In this document: positions 56,954 through 64,000 of the stretch, piece after piece
Layout: every line of letters begins with the position of its first letter
Position numbering within the stretch: position 1 is the first letter of the stretch
NCBI GenBank assembly: GCA_964404025.1
Contig: CAYOIJ010000003.1
Location: 10,727-74,726, forward strand
Direction: 5' to 3'
DNA from: an uncultured Pseudomonadales bacterium
GTDB lineage: Bacteria > Patescibacteriota > Microgenomatia > UBA1400 > PJMF01
DNA length: 64,000 bases
The notes under the pieces: model-generated
Told to the model about the DNA's origin: nothing
The model's database searches: none
Seen by the model: the letters and a program-made list of their open reading frames with translations, nothing else
Translations under genes and position numbers: made by a program

Positions 56954-57889
56954 CTATTCACTTAAAAAACCTCGCAAAATTAAATCTTCAGCCTCTCCAG
57001 CACTCAAACCTCGACTGCGCAGATAAAGAATTTGCTCCGCTGACAACTTACCAATTGAAGCCTCATGGGTTAATTGGGCGTTGGGGTTTTCTACCAATAA
57101 TTCGGGAATTAGTTCTAACTTCGCACTTTTATCAAGCATTAAGCCACCACAATCCAAGTGACCCTTGGCAGCAGCTCTAGCTATAATTCTGGAACGCGCT
57201 TTCACTTCAGCAGCTTTTCGACCAACTATGCGTAAAGTAGAAATGGCATTGGCGCCCGCTCCATTTAAATAAGCAATATCTGTTAAACTCATTTTAGTAT
57301 CTTGACAATTAGCCAGTATTTTTAAATCAGAGCGGGCGCCCTTTGCTAGATGAATTTGTGCGTTCAACTGCATGGCCTTGGCCGCTTTTTCAATTTTATA
57401 AGTATATTCTAAACTAGCTCCTTGTTCTAAAAAAAACTCATAATTAGTGCTAACCTGATCATTTTTGTCCCAATCATGAACATGCTGATAATATAGACTA
57501 GCTCCTTGGCGTAGTAGCAGTTTACCTTTTGCTTGGTGAGAGCGGCCTTTTCCTACAACTTTTTCACTAAGTAAACTCGCTGACTCACAAGTACCAGTCA
57601 AATCAACATACAAGCCAGCCTCTATCACAATCAGGTTGTTTAATTGTTGTTTAGTGCCGGGCTTATCCAGGGAGACACAGCCCAAAAAAGAACAACTGGG
57701 CTGCTCTTTAATCCAAACAAAATATCCTTCTTTAGGTTTATCAACAAAATACTGTCTAGTCCAAGGGAATTTGTCCCAAGCCTCTACTGAGCTTAACACT
57801 TCTGAGCCAGACATACTAAGAATTTCTTCAATATGATGGTCTAGTTGTTTATAAGCAGTTTTTACAGCTTTCGCACTTTTGATAGCCAT
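56954..57889 (-). CDS. sufD: SufB/SufD-family Fe-S cluster assembly protein (short, 311 aa)
   Basis: The C-terminus has the SufBD beta-helix and the motif QLTHEASIGKLSAEQILYLRSRGLSAGEAEDLILRGF. It overlaps sufC by 41 nt. Confidence 0.7.
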   Translation of the reverse strand: MAIKSAKAVKTAYKQLDHHIEEILSMSGSEVLSSVEAWDKFPWTRQYFVDKPKEGYFVWIKEQPSCSFLGCVSLDKPGTKQQLNNLIVIEAGLYVDLTGTCESASLLSEKVVGKGRSHQAKGKLLLRQGASLYYQHVHDWDKNDQVSTNYEFFLEQGASLEYTYKIEKAAKAMQLNAQIHLAKGARSDLKILANCQDTKMSLTDIAYLNGAGANAISTLRIVGRKAAEVKARSRIIARAAAKGHLDCGGLMLDKSAKLELIPELLVENPNAQLTHEASIGKLSAEQILYLRSRGLSAGEAEDLILRGFLSE

Positions 57890-58565
57890 ATTTTTTAATA
57901 GTCTTTAATACTTTTTTAATGTCTCGACTTTGGCAAACTAATTCTCCCTGACGCAAAATAGCAATGCGATCGGGTTTAATTTCATCTAGAACTGCTCCAG
58001 AATGAGTGATAATTAATAAGGCTATTTTTCGCTTTTTTAATTCTTGCTTAAGGGCAGTTAAAACTTTTCCTAAATTCTCAATATCTAAACCAGAATCTAG
58101 CTCATCAATAACCAGTAGCTTTGGGTTTTGATTTAATACTTGAACTAATTCGGCAATCTTCTTTTCTCCACCAGAGAAATTACTATTAATTTCTCTAAAC
58201 AAAAGAGAGTCTGCTAGTTCATAGTCATAGTCACCATCGTGAATTTCTTGAATTAAATTTAGTAAAGTAAATAGTTCAACTCCTTTAATTGCTGGAGATT
58301 GCTGCCAAACAAAAGCTAGGCCTGTTTTAGCTCGTTCTTCTGGTTTAAGAGCAATTAGATCTTGACCAGCAAATTCAATTAAACCTGCTCCCACTTGATA
58401 ATTATCATCGCCTAGTAAAACCCTAACCAAAGTTGATTTACCAGCTCCATTAGCTCCCATTAAAGCAACTAATTCTCCACTATTAATAGCCAAAGAAATA
58501 TTTTTTAGAATTAATTTCTTGTCAGCTTCTACATCTAGATGCTTAATTTTGAGTAAATTTTTCAT
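57849..58565 (-). CDS. sufC: Fe-S cluster assembly ATPase SufC
   Basis: Walker A GANGAGKST, the ABC signature NFSGGEKK and Walker B LLVIDELDSGLD are present. Confidence 0.85.
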   Translation of the reverse strand: MKNLLKIKHLDVEADKKLILKNISLAINSGELVALMGANGAGKSTLVRVLLGDDNYQVGAGLIEFAGQDLIALKPEERAKTGLAFVWQQSPAIKGVELFTLLNLIQEIHDGDYDYELADSLLFREINSNFSGGEKKIAELVQVLNQNPKLLVIDELDSGLDIENLGKVLTALKQELKKRKIALLIITHSGAVLDEIKPDRIAILRQGELVCQSRDIKKVLKTIKKYGYQKCESCKNCL

Positions 58566-59053
58566 TATTTATGAAAAGCCTTGTTCAAAATATTTTTAAC
58601 AAACTGGCCTCTTTCACCACCAAAATCATAACTGTCCAAATCATTTAAACTAACCCAGGTAAACTCCTGATGTTCTCTTGAAATTGTGATTTCTGCCTGA
58701 TCGCTTTCTGAAAAATCTAAATACCAGCCACAATTAATGCTATAAAGATCCCGATCAGCTTCAAAGTAACTAGCAAAATAAATAAGATGCTCAAAATCAA
58801 AAAGACCTGGTTCAACTAATAAATTACTCTCTTCTTTGACTTCTCTAGCAATATCCAATTGGTGTAGATTAGCAGTGCTTTCTTGCTCTAGACTAGGCCA
58901 TTCAGCATTGCCACCTGGTAAATCCCAGGCATTAGGACGTGAAATTGCGTTATTGCTGCGCTTTAAAATTAAAGCCTCTTTTTGACCCTGATTAACTCTG
59001 ACGATTGCTACCTTGTGTAAAAATTTAACTTTTTTGCTTAGTTGCTGCTTCAT
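58565..59053 (-). CDS. Nudix hydrolase
   Basis: Nudix box ...DLPGGNAEWPSLEQESTANLHQLDIAREVKEESNL. Confidence 0.65.
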   Translation of the reverse strand: MKQQLSKKVKFLHKVAIVRVNQGQKEALILKRSNNAISRPNAWDLPGGNAEWPSLEQESTANLHQLDIAREVKEESNLLVEPGLFDFEHLIYFASYFEADRDLYSINCGWYLDFSESDQAEITISREHQEFTWVSLNDLDSYDFGGERGQFVKNILNKAFHK

Positions 59054-59081
59054 AAAAACTTTCTGTCTCTGATTATAACAG

Positions 59082-59621
59082 CTAACTGTTTAGTAATTTA
59101 AAAGCCAAAATTAACTCAGATCTAACTTGTTCGAAAATTTCTTCTTTCGACATTTTTTTAATTTGATCTAAACTAAACCAATCAATTTTTTCTGACTCAC
59201 TGTTTTGCTCTAAAGTAGACAAATCAACTTCACTGGCCAACAAATATTGAAAATCTAGGTGTTGCTCACAACCTTTTAGCCAATCTTTTTCTCTTTTCTT
59301 TTGACCAGCTAAACGATATTGATAATTTTTTTTTGAAATCCAATGTAAGCTAATACTGATTGGCACAGGATGAAAAGAAATATCCTTATCTTTTTTATCA
59401 AAATTTAAATCAAAGTTGGGTGGACTAATAGCCTTCACCTTTAATCCAGTTTCCTCAAGAAATTCTCTTTCAGCTGCCTGATGTAAAAACTCGCCTTCTT
59501 CAAGATGGCCTCCGGGAGTTAACCAGCTTTTTAATTTTTTATGTTTTAATAACAAAACTCGCTGATCAATAACTAATACTCCAGAGGCAGTATAACAAAA
59601 TTGTGGCTGGATTGTTTTCAT
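59082..59621 (-). CDS. Nudix hydrolase
   Basis: Nudix box LTPGGHLEEGEFLHQAAEREFLEETGL. Confidence 0.75.
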   Translation of the reverse strand: MKTIQPQFCYTASGVLVIDQRVLLLKHKKLKSWLTPGGHLEEGEFLHQAAEREFLEETGLKVKAISPPNFDLNFDKKDKDISFHPVPISISLHWISKKNYQYRLAGQKKREKDWLKGCEQHLDFQYLLASEVDLSTLEQNSESEKIDWFSLDQIKKMSKEEIFEQVRSELILAFKLLNS

Positions 59622-59626
59622 GTTTT

Positions 59627-60211
59627 TTAAATTAAACTCATTTGTGTACCACTAGCTTTTTTTGCTACAAAAGAAAAATCGACAGGAGCTTGGATTAATC
59701 GATTCCATTTATTACGAAATTTAACCTCGCCATTTCTTAATCCGTAATCATAAACATCTCTAGTAACTTTAACATCTTCTAAACAATATTTTTCAAGAGC
59801 CTTTAAGTCACCAGTTTGGTAATAGCGAATAGCATCAAGCCCATCACCAATTTTCCCTGCCCCTAAAGTCTCTTGAGCAACAGCATCCAAAGCAATCCGA
59901 TGACCAACACTATCTTTGATGCGCGTCAATAAATCGAGTGTAGGAATCTTTTTAATATCTGCTTGATAGTAAGGAATAAGGGTAGGCATATCAAAATTAT
60001 CTACATTAAAGCCAATCACTACATCTGCTCTCTCCAACAGGGGAAAAAGTTTTTTTAAATCCTTTTCAAAAAAAGAAAGAAATTGGCCTTTTTTATCACC
60101 ATTTTCTCTTAAACATAAACCAACAAAGGAAATGCCTAATTTCTCTGGAAAATAACCCCCAACGTCATCGGAACTTTGTTTAGTTTCTACATCCAAAATC
60201 ACTTCTAACAT
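59627..60211 (-). CDS. DEDD-type 3'-5' exonuclease (RNase H-like fold)
   Basis: Exo I-like ILDVET, Exo II-like VIGFNVDNFDMP and Exo III-like YCLEDV motifs are present. Confidence 0.55.
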   Translation of the reverse strand: MLEVILDVETKQSSDDVGGYFPEKLGISFVGLCLRENGDKKGQFLSFFEKDLKKLFPLLERADVVIGFNVDNFDMPTLIPYYQADIKKIPTLDLLTRIKDSVGHRIALDAVAQETLGAGKIGDGLDAIRYYQTGDLKALEKYCLEDVKVTRDVYDYGLRNGEVKFRNKWNRLIQAPVDFSFVAKKASGTQMSLI

Positions 60212-60258
60212 AGGAAACTATCCTAAAACAAGTTCCTGTTGACTGCAAGCTCAAACTC

Positions 60259-60891
60259 TTACGAATAATTTTTTGTTAAAGCAGTTTGATAGCGTTTTTC
60301 TACAGTAGCAAAGTCAAGTACTTGCCACCAAGCGTCTACATAGTCAGCACGACGATTTTGATATTTTAGATAATAAGCATGTTCCCACACATCAACCCCT
60401 AGTAATGGCTGATGATGCAAAGTTAAAGGTGAGTCTTGGTTGGGTAAACTATACATTTCAAGCTTTTTATCTTGATTAAGCACTAACCAAGCCCAACCAG
60501 AGCCAAACTGACTCGTTGCTAAATCAGTAAATTCTTGTTTGAATTTGTCAAAACCACCAAGATCTTCAATTAAATTTTTAAGATCTCCAATGGGTTTTCT
60601 TGGTCCTTCAGGAGACATGATTTCCCAAAAAATATTGTGGTGAGCAAAACCTCCACCATGGTTATTCAAAGCCACCCAAGTTTTAGAATTAAGTTTTTCT
60701 TTTAGGCTTGGTAGGCGCCATAAAATTTCATCAACTGTTAAATCTTTTAAATCTGGCAGATCTTGGAGAGCTAATTTAAATTTATCTAAATAAGACTGAT
60801 GATGTTTATCATGATGAATTCTCATTGTTTCTTCATCAATGTAAGGTTCAAGAGCATCATAAGCATAAGGTAATGGTTTAAGTTCTAACAT
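60259..60891 (-). CDS. sod: Fe/Mn superoxide dismutase
   Basis: HHDKHHQSYLDKF, NNHGGGFAHHNIFWE and DVWEHAYYLKYQNRRADYV are present. Confidence 0.92.
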   Translation of the reverse strand: MLELKPLPYAYDALEPYIDEETMRIHHDKHHQSYLDKFKLALQDLPDLKDLTVDEILWRLPSLKEKLNSKTWVALNNHGGGFAHHNIFWEIMSPEGPRKPIGDLKNLIEDLGGFDKFKQEFTDLATSQFGSGWAWLVLNQDKKLEMYSLPNQDSPLTLHHQPLLGVDVWEHAYYLKYQNRRADYVDAWWQVLDFATVEKRYQTALTKNYS

Positions 60892-61023
60892 AGGCCTCCT
60901 TTTTAAATATCAATTAAATAATATATTCTTATTATAGCACGAGGCTTGTGAATAATCAATTATAAAAAGGATTGATTAATCAATATAATAAACATATATC
61001 AAACAATAATTGTATCCAAATAT

Positions 61024-61851
61024 TTAGAGAGTTAATTCTTCAGCTATACGATTAAGCTCAATCAATCTGTCTCTTAGGGTGGTGCGCACAAAGTTTTGCA
61101 TGGCTGGCCAATCAAATTCTTGATCAGCTTGGCGAAATTGAACTAATTCTCGCCATAAAAAATTTCCTAAATAAAAACCCTTTGCCCCATTTTCCATTGC
61201 AATTCTAAAATTTTCTTTAAACTTTTCGTAACTTAAATTTTTTTGATTATCCCCACTTAATAACCAGGGAATATCTACTTCACTACTGATAGTAGCTGCT
61301 AATAGCGGATTGGAAACATTTTCTAAAACCAAAATATCTGTAAAAGAATGAACTTCGCTAATACTGCTTAAAAGAATTTCTTCATTATCAAAATTAGTAT
61401 TTAGCTTGAGCAAAAAATTAATTTTTAGGCTCTCACTATAATCTTTAATTTCAGCTAACAATTGTTTTTTTGATAAAGCTTGTTCTTCATGAGACTGATA
61501 GCTGAGTCCTAATTTTGCTAAGGCATAATTATTTTTAATCTCTAAAAGTGAAAAATTGGGAAAAAGCTGAGGAATATCCTGCGCTTCTACCAATTGGTGT
61601 TGTTCTAAGCGAACAAGTGCTCCTACATCACTAGGTTTATGAGCTAATAAAGGTAAGCTATAAATTGGATCTACAACTAGACCAGTTACCTCCTGAGATA
61701 ACTCAAGCAATAAAAGATAAATCTGTTCTAAAAAAGATAAATTGTCAGTTAAGCTTAAATCCAAAGATAGGGTTTCACTTAAAGATAAAACATCATCCAA
61801 GGCTAAGATACCAAATAATTGGCGCTGATTGCTAATTGCGGGCAACTGCAT
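61024..61851 (-). CDS. hypothetical protein, possibly an aldolase-like TIM barrel
   Basis: It is 275 aa. The GILALDD and VVDPIYSL segments are vaguely reminiscent of class I aldolase/DeoC-LacD proteins, but no motif was confirmed. Confidence 0.3.
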   Translation of the reverse strand: MQLPAISNQRQLFGILALDDVLSLSETLSLDLSLTDNLSFLEQIYLLLLELSQEVTGLVVDPIYSLPLLAHKPSDVGALVRLEQHQLVEAQDIPQLFPNFSLLEIKNNYALAKLGLSYQSHEEQALSKKQLLAEIKDYSESLKINFLLKLNTNFDNEEILLSSISEVHSFTDILVLENVSNPLLAATISSEVDIPWLLSGDNQKNLSYEKFKENFRIAMENGAKGFYLGNFLWRELVQFRQADQEFDWPAMQNFVRTTLRDRLIELNRIAEELTL

Positions 61852-61893
61852 CTTTTTAGTATAGCAAAAAAACCCTGGTTACGCTCAATTTAA

Positions 61894-64000
61894 TTAAGAA
61901 CGGCGCCTGTTGTTTTGATTATTATTCGAACGATAGTTGCGATTACTACTTCGACCCTGATCAAAACGTCTTTGACCTCCACCACGTCTTGAATTAGAAC
62001 GAGCTTCTTTTTGAGCGGCTTCTTCCTCTGGAGTGAGAGCTGTTAAAGCTACCTTACCATCTAGGCCTATTTCTTTAATACGTATCTTTAAATGATCACC
62101 TAGTTTAACTTTTTCATTAGCGTCCCGCACATAATCAGTAGACATATTAGATACATGAAGCAGACCATCTCGTCCTGGCAAATATTCAACAAAAGCACCG
62201 TAGTTTTCAACTCTAGTTACTTCGCCTTCAAATTCATCACCGACTTCTACTTCTCTAACTAGGCCATCTATCATTTCCAAAGCTTGATCTATTGCTTTTT
62301 GATCAGGAGAAGAAATATTAATAACGCCTTGTTTCTTTTCCTTATCTTCAACTACATTGACCTCTGCTCCAGTTTTTTCAATAATATCCTTAATGACACT
62401 ACCACCACTGCCAATCACTGTACCAATCTTTTCTGCAGGAATAACTAATTGAGATACTTTTGGCGCATATTGGCTTAATTCTTCTCGTGAGCTAGTAATA
62501 TTTTTAAGCATTTCTTGCATAATATGCATGCGACCCTTATGAGCTTGAGAGAGAGCTTTAACTAAAATATCTTTATCTATACCTTTTAGTTTAATATCCA
62601 TCTGAATAGCTGTAATTCCTTTTTCACTACCAGCTACTTTAAAGTCCATGTCACCGACGTGATCTTCTAAGCCCTGAATATCCGAGAGAATGACAAACTT
62701 ATCTTTACCGTCACTCATCAATCCCATAGCAATACCTGAAACAGGTCGCTTAAGAGCAACACCAGCTGCCATTAAAGACAAGGTGGAACCACAAACAGCA
62801 GCTTGAGAGGTTGAGCCATTAGAACTCATTATCTCAGTTACCACTCGAATCGCATAAGGAAATTCTTCTTGTGAGGGCAACATTGGTCTCAACGCTCTTT
62901 CAGCAAGGGCTCCGTGACCAATTTCTCGTCTCTTAGGATAAGCAATGCGTCCAGCTTCTCCAGAAGCATAGGGAGGCATGTTGTAATGGTGCATGTAATG
63001 TCTCACTCTCTCACCAGTAATATCTTCAACTGTTTGACCCAAAGAAGGATCTGCTAAAGTTACTACAGTCAAAGCTTGAGTTGCACCTCTTTTAAACATA
63101 GCGCTACCGTGAGCCCTAGGTAAAACATCAATTTCTGTCCAAATTTGTCTAATTTCATCAGTTTTTCGACCATCAGGACGAACTCCGTCTTCAAGAATCA
63201 TTCTTCGAGCTTCATCTTTTTCTAATTGATAAATGATATCTGCTACCATAGCAGCACTAACTTCTTTATCATCCTCTTTGGCCTGATCAGTTTTTTCAGC
63301 AACAATCTTTTCAATTAATTCGCTGATGCCAGAATCTTCTAGTTGTGCTTTCTTAAGCACAGCCTGATTAATTTCTGGACCATACTTTTGATCAATTTCT
63401 GACTTTAATTCGCTGATAAATGATTGTTCATCTTCGCTGATTTCCTCAGTCAAAACTGCTTTTTCTTTACCAATTTCTTTGGCAATCTTTTCAATTTCTC
63501 CACAAACTCCAGATAAAACTTCTTGAGCTTTAACTAAAGCATCGACAATAATTGACTCTTTAACCTCGTTTGCTCCAGCTTCTACCATCACAATTGAAGT
63601 TTTAGAAGCTGACACAATTAAATCAAGATCATTTTCTTCGATTTCGCTTTTTAGAGGGTTAAAGATAAATTGTTCTTTTGAACCATCCTTAGCTAAAGCT
63701 AATCTAGCTCCGGCAATGGGTCCATCAAAAGGAATTTCACTAATTTGTAGTGCTAAACCAGCAGACAATAAAGCCATCATGTCTGGCTCATTTTCACCAT
63801 CATAAGATAGGACTGTGCTGATTATTTGTACTTCATGTTTAATTCCATCTGGAAATAAAGGACGCATGGTGCGATCTATCACTCTAGCTCGCAAAATTGC
63901 ATCATCCGTAGGACGACCTTCTCTTTTTACCCAACGAGAACCTTTAATCATGCCACTTGAATAGAGTTTCTCCTCAAATTCAACTGACAAGGGAAAGTAA
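61894..64000 (-). CDS. pnp: polyribonucleotide nucleotidyltransferase (PNPase). The N-terminus runs off the window end.
   Basis: It has an RNase PH domain (REGRPTDDAILRARVIDRTMRPLFP), KH and S1 domains (GDEFEGEVTRVENYGAFVEY), and an Arg/Gly/Asn-rich C-terminal tail. The Met at 63990 is internal; the homologous N-terminus needs ~60 more residues. Confidence 0.9.
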   Translation of the reverse strand, partial: YFPLSVEFEEKLYSSGMIKGSRWVKREGRPTDDAILRARVIDRTMRPLFPDGIKHEVQIISTVLSYDGENEPDMMALLSAGLALQISEIPFDGPIAGARLALAKDGSKEQFIFNPLKSEIEENDLDLIVSASKTSIVMVEAGANEVKESIIVDALVKAQEVLSGVCGEIEKIAKEIGKEKAVLTEEISEDEQSFISELKSEIDQKYGPEINQAVLKKAQLEDSGISELIEKIVAEKTDQAKEDDKEVSAAMVADIIYQLEKDEARRMILEDGVRPDGRKTDEIRQIWTEIDVLPRAHGSAMFKRGATQALTVVTLADPSLGQTVEDITGERVRHYMHHYNMPPYASGEAGRIAYPKRREIGHGALAERALRPMLPSQEEFPYAIRVVTEIMSSNGSTSQAAVCGSTLSLMAAGVALKRPVSGIAMGLMSDGKDKFVILSDIQGLEDHVGDMDFKVAGSEKGITAIQMDIKLKGIDKDILVKALSQAHKGRMHIMQEMLKNITSSREELSQYAPKVSQLVIPAEKIGTVIGSGGSVIKDIIEKTGAEVNVVEDKEKKQGVINISSPDQKAIDQALEMIDGLVREVEVGDEFEGEVTRVENYGAFVEYLPGRDGLLHVSNMSTDYVRDANEKVKLGDHLKIRIKEIGLDGKVALTALTPEEEAAQKEARSNSRRGGGQRRFDQGRSSNRNYRSNNNQNNRRRS

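Noticed and set aside
1-64000. CRISPR arrays, IS elements, prophage or restriction-modification genes.
   Set aside because: No tandem repeat arrays were seen, and there are no transposase, integrase, phage structural or methyltransferase-like ORFs. Gene content is housekeeping throughout, and base composition looked uniformly AT-rich by eye with no sharply deviating block.

Overview
This 64-kb window comes from an AT-rich bacterial chromosome and shows no mobile elements or CRISPR arrays. Over 90% is protein-coding, with many short overlaps between adjacent genes. The gene order points to a Candidate Phyla Radiation (Patescibacteria) or similar monoderm lineage; this is an inference from the order alone. 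The supporting observations are that no L30 gene (rpmD) lies between rpsE and rplO, no map lies between adk and infA, S4 sits in the alpha operon, several ribosomal proteins carry Lys-rich tails, and a sortase with LPxxG substrates is present. The plus-strand left arm (1-7.6 kb) carries a folate one-carbon cluster: MTHFS (partial, minus strand), glyA, fhs and folD. It also carries an FMN reductase, tRNA-Arg(CCG), an RRM/RGG RNA-binding protein with a structured leader, a lamin-tail-domain protein, a VanZ-like protein and HU. From 7.6 to 35.6 kb the minus strand is one uninterrupted transcription/translation supercluster: rpoB, rpoC, rpsL, rpsG, fusA, tuf, then the S10, spc and alpha operons, ending with rplM and rpsI. 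I found rpmJ (L36) by hand; it was missing from the ORF track. Beyond that cluster lies a cell-envelope block: mltG, yqgF/ruvX, a sortase and a 747-aa membrane protein inserted next to alaS. It is followed by a ytxG/ytxH-like pair, a rodZ-like gene, a gatB/yqeY-domain gene, tRNA-Val(CAC), comF, and an unannotated tmRNA (ssrA) whose acceptor stem has a G3:U70 pair. Two paralogous small secreted proteins with C-terminal LPESG/LPQAG sorting signals are the putative sortase substrates. The rest of the window encodes ftsK, RNase J, a family-4 UDG, a Lon-like AAA+ ATPase without a protease domain, and a PfkB kinase / LOG / Rpe-like / RpiB cluster that may salvage nucleotide ribose. It ends with yjjX, sufC plus a sufBD-like gene, two Nudix hydrolases, a DEDD exonuclease, Fe/Mn SOD, an unknown 275-aa protein and PNPase, which runs off the window end. 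The most novel candidate is the sortase-associated module (the 747-aa protein, the sortase and the LPxxG proteins).
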